From the human T2T-CHM13v2.0 reference genome, Homo sapiens: a DNA stretch of 64,000 nt. Positions within the stretch are counted from its first letter, which is position 1, and each line of letters begins with the position of its first letter. Shown here piece by piece: positions 13,181 to 26,364 of the stretch. The stretch lies in the NCBI RefSeq assembly GCF_009914755.1, contig NC_060940.1. One strand, given 5' to 3'. Below the pieces are notes generated by a model. That model was not told the origin of the DNA. It ran no database searches and saw only the letters and a program-made list of their open reading frames with translations. The position numbers and the translations under genes are program-made.

Positions 13181-15842
13181 ACAAGATTACTACTCACTGT
13201 AAAAGCACAAAAAATAGAAGTAGATGGAAATACTGTAAATTTAGATGAGATTATCAGTCTAATATGATTCTGATAATTTTCAGGTGGACTCTTTAATTAT
13301 CTGATTAAGGAGAGCATGTTTGCTTTTTTTTTTTTAAAAAAAAGATATTTTCTGGTGCTAAATTTTAGGATAATCACCAGTGGAAGTCCTGCAGTGACCA
13401 CATACTACATGCCATTAGAGAAGGGGGAGAAAGCCAGCAGATGCAGGGAATTTGAAAGTGAGGGAGACCTGAGTTCTTCAAATTAGGGTTGATGGAGGAC
13501 TGACCATATTAATTATTAGAATACGTTCTTCGTTTACCGTTTGCATTCCTATTTTTCACCCAGAAATGTGCCGTGCTTGAATATAAAATAGTATGTCAAT
13601 GAGAAAGTTTTGTTCTGAGTAACTAAAAAAAAAAAAAAAATTATGAAAGAACAGGTGTAGCCAGAGGGTTTTGCGATTGTACTCTTACTTCTCAGCAAGG
13701 GACCCATGTTGAATGTCCTTCCTTTTTCCCCCTTAAGGGATCATGAATGATTAAAAACTTGGCAAATACAAAAAATACCAATTACAAAACATTGAAAGGA
13801 GAAATATTGGTTAATAATTACTTTGCATGCGGTGACATAAAATATATCCAGTTCTTTATTTCACTCTCAACAGCTTCCCATCCAGGGACATTTCTTTGAA
13901 TGGGTCACAAATTATGTTACAACATATGTGTATTATAGGTTCTTTTAGGCTACCTGTTAACTCCTAATAAATCAGGCTGCTCAGGAAAGTTGATAAAAAG
14001 AAAGCACATTCTAATGGGATACATCTATGATGTTTTCATCTTGATCGAGGTAGTATTGCCACCTGTGAATCCATTTGCATTCTTTTAATTAAGTTCAATT
14101 TCTAAAAAGAATCTAGTTAATTACAATGAGTATTATCTTTAAAGCTTTCTTATAGTATAAACAATCTGATTGTAGATAACATACTTACCCTGGCTCGGAG
14201 ACACATTTCATTATAATGTTGAAAAAAATAAAAGGAGTAAAAACAAGCATAGGATTGTTTTAATATGCCTCTTGAATCAGAGACTACACTGTTTGGAAAT
14301 AAAGCTGACAGCAAAAGGAAATCTGAACTCTATTATGCTAGAGAGTGAATGTTTTTTAGTAGCAGCACTTGATTCTTGCTAACATACATCCACATATGTG
14401 AAAGCAAAGCTTATGGACAAATAAGCAAATTATTAAGCCAACTCCCGTTCAGTATTCTGTTGTTGTTTTTAATTCTACTTTAAGGGTAGTTTTTCTTTGT
14501 TTTCCCTTTTGGGATAAAATTAACTGGGAACTTGGCAATGTTTTCATGGTTTGAAGTTTTATCTGTGTTTATTCTTTGTACTTATTGCTGCGGTGGTGGT
14601 TCTAGTCTAGATTTCTCCCCTGAGGGGGAATAAGAAAGAAGCAAACCAAATAAGCTGGTAAATAAGTATACATCAGAGACTTAAGGAAGGATAAGTGAGC
14701 ATACAGAATAAACTCTGTATTATGAGAGAATGTTTCCAGCAAAGTGTTAAGCCATAGGAGGCCTTAGATAAAAATCATTGACATCTTTCTTAGTATATTT
14801 CTAGAAGCAAATATAAGGTCAACAGAATTGATGATATGTAAAAAATTGTTCAGATACACAGTGAAACATAGTGTTAGCTTTATATTTTCTACCACTTTAC
14901 ACATGGGTATGAAAATGCTAACCAGCATTTGTGTGTCAAAACTATGCTTTTAAAAGCATTATAAAAATTTTGCAGAGGCTACATTTTGGTGCAGTCAGAT
15001 GAAATAGGGAGTAAAGTGAGTCTCCAGCAGTAGCAAACAGCAGGAAATGTTTTTCTCTCATACTCTTCAAAACTTTTCTTGTCCCTCACCCATTTTGGAT
15101 AATCAATCTATAGTGACATGCTATTTATTACACGATACCTCTCTTTGCTGGAACTCTGAAGTCCCTGGGACATTTTTATGAAGTCTCAGTGGTGTTTTGA
15201 GTCCAGCATAGTTACAAGTGAGAAGAAATAAGAAAGCTTTAACCCACTCTTTACCTTTGCATGTAAAACATTTAAAAATGCTCAAAGATCAAACAATTTC
15301 TATTTGGTTCTCCTCTCCTACAGAAAGGTGGGGGAGAGTTTTGTTGTACATTATCCTAGTCACCGATAGGTTTGGATAAGACATCTTCAAGTGATCACAA
15401 ATAGAGAGCAAACATTCACGGAGACAAATTAGATGGGTACAAGTGGGTCAGCCCTTATTTTCAGCTTGTTAGAACATGTGGTATAAATCTATTCTAGAAA
15501 TACCTATCAGAATTCACAGAGGTGGTCCTCAATGTAGCCTACCCCAAGTTCTATGATGAAATCATCTTGGAATGGATTCTCTCCACTTCCATTTTGACAT
15601 TTTCAATGACTGCTTCCCAGCAACAAAACTAGGAATAAAGTGTACGTTTCTATGAATTCTAGACCCTTGTCTTCCCAGGTTTCCCATGTAAGAGTCATTT
15701 GCTATATTCCTTTTTGCAAATTATTTTTTTTCTTAATCAGAGAGACTTGAAAGACCACATTTTGTTACCCTTTTCCCTATTGAAATATCATTTGATAGTA
15801 TTCCCTTGTGCCTCAAAGCTTAAGCACATACCGATACTCGAA

Positions 15843-15963
15843 CAATGTTTAAAAGTTCTAGAAGAAGGCTGTTTGTGGAACGTACTTACCTAGTAGCTGC
15901 TGTTTGTATCACCATAAATAAGGGCATTCCACAAACAGCATCTACTAGAACTTTCAAACATTG
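15843..15963. repeat. ~40-bp imperfect inverted repeat with a third internal copy of part of the arm
   Basis: caatgtttaaaagttctagaagaaggctgtttgtggaacg (15843-15882) vs reverse complement of 15925-15963, caatgtttgaaagttctagtagatgctgtttgtggaatg. Confidence 0.9.
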
Positions 15964-15989
15964 CAGTTGCCCAGGCCTGACCGTTTCAG

Positions 15990-16559
15990 CGCATGACACT
16001 GGTAAAACGATGTTCACTTGGTGATCCCTGAAACCATTGTGTATATTATGTTACATGAAAAAAGGGACCCAGCACATATAATTAAGGTTATAGACCCTAA
16101 ATATCCCTTAAAACGGGGAGATTATCCTGGACTATCTTGGTGGACACAATGTAATTGTATCAGCCTTTAAAAAGAAGCAGAGAAATTTATCCAGCTGTGG
16201 TCTGAGAGATGGGGCAGAAGAGAGTGATTCAAAGCATGAGAGAGGCCCTTACCCACCATTACCAGTGGGAAGCTTCATGGAAAGATCAAGAAGGGATGTG
16301 TGGCCAGGAGCAAAGGGAACTTTACAATGTAGAGGAGTGAATTTGTCCAACAGCCTGAATGAACATGTAAACTATTAATAGCGCTTCTGGAAAAAATGCA
16401 TCCTAGGTGACTCTTCAATTTCAGCTTTGTGAGACTCTCAGTAGAGGACACAGTTGAGCCACACTGTCCGTGGACTTCTAACTTACAGAACTATGAGATA
16501 AGTGGTTGGGGTTTTAAGGCCACTAAATTTGTAGTTATTTTTCATGGAAAACCAATACT
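15990..16559 (+). mobile_element. MaLR solo LTR (MLT1D/E-like)
   Basis: atgttacatgaaaaaaggga...gggagattatcctggactatc...gaactatgagataa...gccactaaatttgtagttattt...aaaccaatac. Confidence 0.8.
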
Positions 16560-16569
16560 CAGACCAACC

Positions 16570-16952
16570 TCCAGCTGGCAGTGTCACATATTTTTCTCTT
16601 AAGGTTTCTGTGGCCACCAGAGCCCGCTCTGCCCTAGCAGGCTATAAGGCATAACTATTTGCCAGGGAATTGATGGTAGATGAGGAGTCACAGTTGGTAG
16701 ATACATACCCCGGCTCTCTCATACACATGCTGAGCCGTGTGTTTCTCATTAGCGCTCAGCATTCTCTGACAGGGCTAAACTCCAGTGGCCCACAGGACAG
16801 ACATGATAATACCCTTTCTATTGAATTCCTTCCCTTCTGCATCTTACTTCCCTAATCTTTTTCGATGTTTCTTGGAATCAATTTCCAAATGAACTACTTG
16901 CACTTAAATCAGAGTCTCAGGGTCTGCTTTGGGGCAACCCAAAGTAAGGCAG
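16570..16952 (+). mobile_element. ERVL solo LTR (LTR16-like)
   Basis: Ends aactacttgcacttaaatc...tctcagggtctgctttggggcaacccaaagtaaggca, typical of the LTR16/33 3' end. Confidence 0.7.
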
Positions 16953-17079
16953 CGATATTCTTCCTATCTTGTCTCTTTTGGGAAATTGCTTCAGCCAATA
17001 ATAAGAACCCCAATAGTAGCACTGTCTTTTTTTTAAGAATGTATAATATATATCTCCACGGTCACAGGCATTTAACACC

Positions 17080-17240
17080 CATCTTGTTTAATCTTCTCAA
17101 CAAAAGCAAAAGGCTGGAACTGGATTATCCACATTGCATGGACAAAAACTGAAGTTTAAGGATATTTAACTATCTCAGTATCTCACATGTAATACCATGG
17201 TTTTAAAACTCATCCTCCTAAATGATGCTGTTTAACCTTC
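17080..17240 (-). mobile_element. MIR fragment
   Basis: tttaatcttctcaaca...attatccacattgcatggacaaaaactgaag resembles the MIR core. Confidence 0.55.
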
Positions 17241-18525
17241 CCTATCTGAGGGTATAAACTGGAGTGCTGTTAAGTCCACAGGAATCATTTTATGAAAGTC
17301 ATTCCCAACAGGTAAGAATGAGAAAGCAGCTCTTCGTAAACAGGTTTTTGCGGAACTCTGTTGGGGAAGTGCTGCAACAGACCACAACTCTTTGGGGTCA
17401 TGCCTTTTTCACTGATCAATCCTTACCAGCCGCTGGCACAGCTCCTGATATAACACCAATGCATGTGTGCTGAATATGTCGGTGAATCTCTACTCTTCAC
17501 CATAAATCATAGTTCCTTTGCTTATGGACACTGTTTAGATCTCTTCTATCTATTCATTTTAATCAGCCTTTTATCTCTGCAGGCTCTAGTGAGGAACTTG
17601 TTAAAAGGCTTCTTTGCCAGGCAGGTTACTTAAATTTTCTTGGATGCCTAGAGCTGCCCTGAGGTGTATCTGCTAATCCTGAACACAGGCAGAGGAAAGA
17701 TATGAGGAGTGGCGCCAAGCATAGGACTCTCTGCTCTTTTGTGTGGAAAGTCTTCCTTCACTGGTGTACTCCTCAGTGGCTATTCTGAAACACTATTTTA
17801 AAGATGCTGGCTAAACATTTATATGCAGTATTGTACTCTTTTATGTAATCTCTTATAAGAAACAGCCATAGATGGATAGTACAATTGGGGAAGATCAAGA
17901 AATGAAATTACTTAATCACAATTATACATGTTGAATAAATCTTATAATTTGTCCAGTTTCTCCTAGTTGATGGCTCATAGTAAACACTAAAATGTACTAA
18001 AGAGTAGAGTTTTTTTTAATTGAAGAAATACTACCTACGCAAATTCATAACAGCACACAGGGTGTTTTTATAAGAAAATCATAATGATATTTATCTGTAG
18101 CTATGAATAAACTGTTTTCTTTCCTAGAGACCCTATTGTAATTCCACCCCCACCCCAAAACAGACAAGATAAATTATTGAAGAAGGTAGAAGTTAAGGTG
18201 CTATCTTTTAGAATGAGGAAAACAAACTACAAGTAGGAAAATCAAGAAGTTACCTTAAATGAGAAAACTTTTATAAACTATTAAGCATAATGTTTGGCAA
18301 TAGTAGAGACTTCACAAATGTGAGTCTTAATTTACCTGTGTTATTATTTTTACAATGACATAATAGTTTAAGTAGTGATGAATATCCAGAGAAAGTGCTA
18401 AACAGCCTCTCAGAGCATGACTGCTAAGCCCCCAGAAACAGACTGACGTGCTGCATAGAGATCCATCTGCTATGGAAGCTTACTCAGCACTTACTTTTGA
18501 CACTTGAGAAGACTTATTTGACAGA

Positions 18526-18915
18526 TGTATTAGTCAGCTCTGGTTGTCATAACAAAATATCATAGACCAGATAAGTTAAACAGCATAAATTTATTGTCTG
18601 ATAGTTCTGGAGGCTGGAAGTCCAAGATCAGGGTCCCAGCATGGTTGGGTTCTGGGAAGGGCTCTCTTCCTGGATTTTATATGACTTCCTTCTGGCGATG
18701 TCCTTACATGGTAGAGAGATTGAAAGAGAACACACATACTGGGATTTCTCTTCCTCCTCTTATAAGGCCACTAACCCCATCATGAGGACCCTACCCTCAT
18801 GGCCTAATCTAACCCTAATTACCTCCCAATAGCCCTATCTCCAAATATAATACTGGGGGATAGAACTTCAATATATGAATTTTAGTGGGACCCAAACATT
18901 CGGTTCACAGTAACA
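18526..18915 (-). mobile_element. MaLR solo LTR (MLT1A/MSTD-like)
   Basis: tgtattagtc...cataacaaaatatcatagac...agttctggaggctggaagtccaagatcagggt...aaacattcggttcacagtaaca. Confidence 0.88.
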
Positions 18916-19514
18916 GACTTTCAGTTTGTTTCCCCATTTAAAGTGGATACTTGAAAACAGACAGGGGCTCTTCCTTTGAATTTTTTTTAAACTATCATGT
19001 AATATGATGCATAAGTGTGAACTTGAAGTAGCTCATCCATAATGGAAGATAGATAAATATCGGGCTCCCTTCTCTACCTCTAGACCTCTAGGATACATCC
19101 TTGGATCTAGTCATTAATCTAGGATAATAGGTCGCTAACATTTAGCCTGTAGGAAAAACCAGCTGGGGCCATGCATTTCACCCTCTGAATCTCAGCTTCT
19201 CTATCTGTACAATGAACCCAAATCAGAGGTTTCCTAAAATCCCAGCAGATCTAAAACTCTCTTCCACTGTTCTTTTCATGTTATTAATTTTTACTTCTTC
19301 AAATAGTTGGTGTGTTACATGGTATACAGAATTTTAGTAGTGAAAAAGTAATAAAGCTAATTAAAAATCCAAAAATGTACTTAAGACCAGATTATTTATC
19401 ATAAATTACATGTATTCTAATATTTCTCACAGCTCTTCTGATTACTTCCATTAGAAACTAGCGCTTATTTAGAGGGGCCTAGTGCCCTCTAATTCATAAA
19501 GTGAAATAACCAAC

Positions 19515-22500
19515 TACAGTTTTTTCCAAGAGGCTGGTTTGGAAGTATTGTTAGCATTCTTCTCCCACTTGGAAAGACAAAATAGTGTGTAGAAATTCCC
19601 ACTATAAATTTTTTTTTCCAAGAAGCAACACAAGAACTTAAAAACTGAAAGAAGCCTTAAACCCTCTGAAAGGGTAGCAGGCAGCAGTTTACACCACAAA
19701 CGAAGCAGAAAACTTCCCACAGGATGCAGTGAAGCTGTGCACACAACCAGCATGTTGCTACTACAGATAGTATCTGAGAAAGCCACCACACAGGTTCTCT
19801 ATAACCAAGAACTCATACAGAGTTTTCACCACTGAAAGCACAGAGCTGAAGCTAGATGACAGTAAGCTGTAAACATTAAAGTCACATCCTCAAAAGGAAA
19901 AAAGTTTTTAAAAATTCCAGTCAATCAACAATAAGTTAAAAATAATTAGAAATAGCCTACCCAAATGAGAAGAAACAAGAAAAATATGTCTGGCAAAATG
20001 GAAAAGCCAGGTTCTATACAGCGCCAAAAGATCACACTATATTCCAGCAGTGGATCCAAACCAAGATGAAATATTTGAAATACCACATAAAGAATTCAAA
20101 AGATTGATTATTAAGTTATTCGAGATACAAGAGAAAGGTGAAAACCAACATAAAGAAATTTAAAAAACAATTCAGGGTATGAATGAAAATTTTCTAAAGA
20201 GATAGCTGTCTTAAAGACTAATTAGAACTTCTGGAAATTAAACACACATTTAGGGAACTGCAAAATGCAATGCAAAGTTTTAACAGTAGACCAACTAGAA
20301 GAAAGCATTTTAGAGCAGAAAGGCAAGTCTTGTGAATTAACCCAATCGAACAAAAGAAAAAAGAATTAAAAGAATTGCACTAAGTCTCCATAAAATAGAC
20401 AATTACATAAAATGACCTAACCTGAGAATTGCAGATATGCCCAAGGGAGAAAAACAAAAAAAATTTGGAAAACTCCTTTGAAGGAATTGAGAAAAGCTTC
20501 CGTGGCCTTGCTAGAGATTTAGACATCCAAATACAAGAACCTCAGATAACTCCTGGGAGATTTTTTTTAAAAAAGGGATATCATCAAGGCATATATTAAT
20601 CAGGCTATCTAAAGTCAATGTGAAGGAAAGAATTCCAAGAGCAGTGAGACAAAAGCATCAGCCAACCTATAAAGGAAAATCTATCAGACTAATAGCAGAC
20701 TTCTCAACAGAAACCTTGCAATCCAGAAGTGATTGGGGTCCTATTTTTAGCCTCCTTAAACAGAATAAGTGTAAGTGAAAAGATTGGTATAAGCAAAACT
20801 GTTTCATAAATGAAAGAGAAACAGAATATTTTTCAGACAAGCAAATGCCAAGGGAATTTGTCACTATCAGACCATCCCTACAAGAAATGATAAAAGGAAT
20901 TCTAAATTTTGCAACAAAAGGTCAATATGGAACAGCTTCAAGAGATTCACCTAACGTAATAAGGATTCTTACAGACTTGAGGGAAAGAAGTGAAACAAAA
21001 TATTGCATGAAAATAAACCAAAAGTGAGCAGGAACAGCTATTCTTAAGTCAGATGAAACAGAATTTAAAGCAACAATCATAAAGACTAAGAAGGTCATTA
21101 TGTAATGATAAGAGGATCAATTCAAAAGAGAATATTACAGTTCTAAATAGATATGCACCTAATTCTGGAGCTCCCATATTCATTAATTACTACTACAACT
21201 AAGAAAAGAGATAAGCAGCAACACAGTAATAGTGGGGGACTTCAACACTCTATTAATAGCACTAGACAGATCATTGAGGCAGAAAGTCAACAAAGAAACA
21301 CTGAACTTAAACTGTGCTCTAAAACAAATAGACTTAACAAATATTTATAGAACATTAAGAACTGCAGAATATATATTATTCTCGTCAGCACATGGAACAT
21401 TCTGCAAGACAGAGCATATTTTTGGCTACAAAATAAGTCTTAATTTTTTAAAATCAAAATTATATAAAGTATCTTCTCGGACAACAGTGGAATAACACTA
21501 GAAATCAACTAAAAAAGGAACCCTTAACTATGCAAATACATGGAAATGAAACTGTCTGCTCTGAGTGATTTTTGGGGTTAACAATGAAATCAAGATAAAA
21601 ATTTTAAAGTTCTTTTTAGATGAAAACAGTGACAAGTTATCAAAACCTGGAATACAGCAAAAGCAGTGCTAAGAGGAATGTTTATAGCACTAAGTGCCTG
21701 TATCAAAAAGTCTGAAGATCCCAAATTGACAACCTAACATCACACCTCAAGGAAGTGGAGAAAGAACCAACCAACCCAAAGCTGGCAGAATAAAAGAAAT
21801 AACAAAGATAAGAGCAGAACTAAATGGAATTGAAACAAAAAAATACAAAAGATCAATGAAACAGAATATTGGTTATTTGGAAAGACAAAATTGATCTCTA
21901 GCTAATTTACGAAGAGAGAAGATTTAAATAAGCTTAACTGGAAATGAAAATTGAGATATTACAACTGATACCACAGAAATACGAAAGATCATTTGAGACT
22001 ATTATGAACATCTCTGTGCACACAAACAGGAACATCTTGAGGAAACTGATAAATTCCTGGAATCATACAACCCTCCTAGCTTGAACCAAGAAGAAACAGA
22101 AATTCTGAATAGACAAATAAGCCATGAGACTGAATCAGTAATAAATAAATTGCAAACAACAACAATAAAAAGCCCAGGGCCACATGGATTCACAAATTCT
22201 ACCAGACATTCAAATAATTGGTACCAATCCTACTGAAACTATTCCGAAAGATTAAGGAGTCCACCCTCACTCATTATATGAAGCCAGTATCACTCTGATA
22301 CCAAAACTAGGGAAGAACATAATAAACCCCCAAACTACAGGCCAATATCCTTGATGAACTTAGATGCAAAAATCCTAAATAACATAGTAGCAAACTGAAT
22401 GCGATACCACATCAAAAGATAATTCATGATGATCAAGTGAGTTTCATCCCAGGCGTGCAGGGATGGTTCAACATAGGAAAGTCAATAAATGTGATTGATC

Positions 22501-23325
22501 ACATAAACAGAATTAAAAATATAAACCATATGATCTCAAAAGATAGACACAGAAAAAGCATTTGATAAAATCCAGTATCCCTTAATGATAAAACCTCAAC
22601 AAACTAGGCATGGAAGGCGCATACCTCAAAATAATAAAAAGCCATGTATGACAGTCCCACAGCCAAAATTATACTGAACAGAGAAAAGTGGAAATTATTA
22701 CCCCTAAGAAGTAGAACAAGAAAATGATGACCTTTTACCCCTTCTACTCAACATAGTACTAGAAGTCCTAAGAGCAATCAGGCAAGAGAAATAAAGTGCA
22801 TCCAAACTGGAAAACAGGAAGTCAAATTGTATTTGATGGTAATATGATCTTGTACCTAGAAAAGCCTAAAGACTCCTTCAGAAGACTCTAAAATCTGATA
22901 AATGAATTCAGTAAAGTCTCAGGTTACAAAATTAATGTGTACAAATCGGTAGCACTGCTGTAAGACAACAGTGACCAAGCTGAGAATCAAATCAAGAACT
23001 CAATTCCATTTACAATAGCTACAAAAAAAAAAAAAAAAAAAAAAAAGGAATATACTTAACCAAGGAGGTAAAAGATCTCTACAGGAAGAACTATAAAATA
23101 CAATAGAAAGAAATCATAGATGACACAAAGAAATGGAAATATATCGTATGTTCATAGATCAGAAGAATCGAGGGTGTGGGCGAGGGATGGAAAGTACCTG
23201 TTGGGTACAATGTACACTACTAGGGCAATGGTTGCACTACAATCCCAGGCTTCAACGCCGTTTAATTCATCCATGTAACCAAAAACCACTTGTACCCCTA
23301 AATCTATTGACATAAAGATAATTTC
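19515..23325 (+). mobile_element. Internally deleted LINE-1 (L1PB-like) retaining 5'UTR start, ORF1, much of ORF2 and the 3' terminus
   Basis: 5'UTR motif cccacttggaaagacaaaatagtgtgtaga; ORF1 end (PREFVTIRPSLQEMIKG); endonuclease motif GDFNT; RT-region DNA; L1PB 3' end catccatgtaaccaaaaaccacttgtacccctaaa. Confidence 0.9.
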
Positions 23326-23599
23326 ATAGAAGGATACAGAAGGCTTATTTGGTGGGAAAACTTGAGAATCAACATACGTAATGAAAGGAACAAATTTATC
23401 CATTGAATAAAAAATGAAACAACAAATCCAAACTTTATTTTGAATGAATAAATACATTTCTTAGTCCAGTTCTTATAGAACTTTCTATATGTGCACAGAT
23501 TTAAAGTAACTCCCCGTTACATACTTATGAATTGTAAAGGGAAAACTAAGTATACTTCAAGCTAGACACCATCTTGCCATGAGATCCAGTGAACAGCAA

Positions 23600-24620
23600 C
23601 CAGCAGTGGCACAAATAGAAAGCAAACATCAAGTGATAAGATACAATGAGAAGATTGTAGCACCGCTTTTGACATTCTTGCCACAGATATCTACCCTGAG
23701 TCTAATTCTAATCATAGGAAATTATCAGATAAATCCAAATTGAGGGACATTCTCTAATGCACCTGTCCTGGATTTTCAAAAGTAGTAGGTTCATGATATG
23801 GGAAGGTAATGAGAGGTGAAGCCAGTTGGACTTCCTGGGTCGAGTGGGGACTTGGAGAACTTTTCTGTCTTACAAGAGGTTTGTAAAATGCACCGTTCGG
23901 CGCTCTGGTGTGTTTTACAAACCTCTGGCTAGCTACAATCAGTGCTCTCTAAAAACGTACCAGTCAGCACTCGGTGGCTAGCTAGAGGTTTGTAAAATGG
24001 GCCAATCAGCACCCTGTAAGATGGACCAGTCAGCAGGACATGGGCAGGGACAAATAAGGGAATAAAAGCTGGCCACCCCAGCCAGCAGCGGCAACCCTCT
24101 TGGGTCCCCTTCCATGCTTTTGAAGCTTTGTTCTTGCGCTCTCCACAATAAGTCTTGCTGCTGCTCACTCTTTGGGTCCGCACCACCTTTAATAGCTGTA
24201 ACACTCACCTCGAAGGTCCATGGCTTCTTCATTCCTGAAGTCAGCAAGACTACGAACCTACCAGCAGGAACAAACTCCAGACACAGTAAGACTGAAGAAC
24301 ATATTATGTTGCAGGAGAATAAAGAGAGGATAACTAAATTCTAAACTGATTACCTTTGCTATAAAGGATACCTTCCAATCTATTAGCAGAACTTGAATGA
24401 GTCTGAGCATTCAATAGTTATAACATCAGTGTTAATTTTCTGATGTAGTTGATTGTGCTATGGTTATGTAGAATAATGTACTTAATGTAAGAAATGCATA
24501 CCAAAGTGTTGGAGGATGAGGAGACATCATGGCAGCAACTTACACATACTTGTAGGAAAAACTTAAAAATCCACAAAATGTACTTACAGCATTTGTGTAA
24601 GTTTGAGATTGTTTTTTAAA
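23600..24620 (+). mobile_element. L1MC/ME 3'UTR fragment split by the LTR12 insertion
   Basis: ctaatcataggaaattatcagataaatccaaattgagggacattct before the LTR; aagactgaagaac...atcagtgttaattttctga...gtttgagattgtt after it. Confidence 0.7.
23810..24285 (+). mobile_element. ERV9-class solo LTR (LTR12F-like) with 4-bp TSD gtaa
   Basis: TG...CA termini; tgagaggtgaagccagttggacttcctgggtcgagtgggg; tandem tttgtaaa..cacc/aatcag subunits; aataaaagctggccacccc; gtaa at 23806-23809 and 24286-24289. Confidence 0.92.
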
Positions 24621-25743
24621 AAAGTCAAACAACTAGCTACAAATTATATTGAGAGTACTCTTGAAAGTAGAATAACTTAAGCAAATTATATTATCCTAAA
24701 GGACTGTGCTAGTATTGCTTTATTTAGAAAATATTAAAAATTATCAATTACCTGAAAATGAAAGGCAAAAAAGGCAGTGCATTCAGAACATTAAATTGAA
24801 TGAGGGTCTCTCATAAGCTCTGTTACTACTCAGTTAAAATGATAAAATTGGCTTCCTGATGGACCAATCTATTGTCATGAATATTGTAGATATTTATTAA
24901 TCACAATCTTGGTAGTATGTACTCAAGACAAAAATTAGCGGTTAGTGGGGTAAGACTTTGAATATGACCTTGAGTAAAAAAAAAAAAAAAAAAAAAAGTG
25001 AAGAAACAAGAAGTAGTCCTCTAATTATCAGCTTCAGAGGCCTTTATTTTCTTTAACAATATTCCTCAGACACCCCAGCATTAAGTTGGCAAATTAATGG
25101 AGGAGGCTGGCAAATGCTTCTTTCCAGTTTGGCTCTGAATATTTTTCAACTGCTAAAATCTTCTAGAAGTATCTATCCAAGCATGGTTTATGGGGGAAAA
25201 AAAGTAAAAAGCTAAATAAAAAACACATTATGCAGCAGAACTCATTTGAATGATTTATTTTAAAACATTACTGAAGAAAGGAAAGAAAAATTCTTTAGTA
25301 CACAGAATCTATCTCTGAAATCCTTTGGGAAGATACAAATTTATTTTGCTCACATAATCTGGCAATAAAATTATGGCATAATCATAGAAACATTTTATAA
25401 AATAATGCCTGGGATCTGAGTAATGCAAATCACTAGGCAATTTCCAGATATCCATATTATTTGCATATTTCGAACAGGCTACCTCTAGAAATCTATTTAA
25501 CAGAAGGACCAAGATATGTACACAAAAAAATAATAATGCTGAGAGTTTTTACATGATTGTAATGCCTCTCTTTTTATATTATTTCATAGTGACAAATACC
25601 CTTTTGTACATAGTACTCTTCTCCCCATCACCAGTGACACCACATGGCCATTCTCACAGGAAGCCCATGTCAAGAGAGACGGGGCCATGTGCTTTGCTGC
25701 TTGTCCTAACCATGATAAGTGATAGTGCCATCTACAGAATGAG

Positions 25744-26130
25744 TGTATTAGTCTGTTTTCACACTGCTATAAAAAAAATAGACTGGGTAATTTATAAAGG
25801 AAAAAGGTTTAATTAACTCACAGTTCTACATGGCTGGGGAGGCTTCAGGAAACTTAACAATTATGGCTGAAGGGGAATCAGACATATATGGTAGGTGAGA
25901 GAAGAATGAGCAAAGGGGGAAGAGCTCCTTATAAAACCATCAGATCCTGTGAAGACTCACTGTCATGAGAAGAGCATGGGGGAACCTCCCCTACAATCCA
26001 CACCTCCCTTTCTCCACACATGAAGGTTAAAGGTCTCCATGTAAGAATCCCTATTACAGGTCCCTCCCTTGACACGTGGGGATTACCATTCGAGATGAGA
26101 TTTGGGTGGGGACACAGCCAAACCGCAGCA
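25744..26130 (-). mobile_element. MaLR solo LTR (MSTA/THE1D-like)
   Basis: tgtattagtctgttttcacactgctata...gactgggtaatttataaagg...gagatttgggtggggacacagccaaacc; flanks atgag/ataag. Confidence 0.88.
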
Positions 26131-26364
26131 ATAAGGAAGACTGAAGGGGCTCTAATTTTAAAAATATATAAAAAGATAAGATTTGGAATGCTGTGTTTGA
26201 AGTGATGGCAAATTATCCAATATTAGATTTCTAGGGTTTTTAAAATCCCTCTTCCAAAAGAAAATTTAACAAAGACAGAGGGTAACAAAAGGTAAAGATA
26301 AAACCTAGGAAAGTTCAGTGTCATAATTGTCAGGGCAGAATGGATTTTCTAAAGTTAGGGGCAA

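Noticed and set aside
12740-13267. 175-aa and 104-aa ORFs with (SL)n and (RD/RE)n runs resembling an RD-rich protein
   Set aside because: Both are translations of the TC microsatellite
16568-16581. CTCF-like motif cctccagctggcag
   Set aside because: Single motif with a core mismatch at an LTR edge; not supportable without ChIP data
19515-23325. Potentially active LINE-1
   Set aside because: Multiple stops, frameshifts and internal deletions in both ORFs
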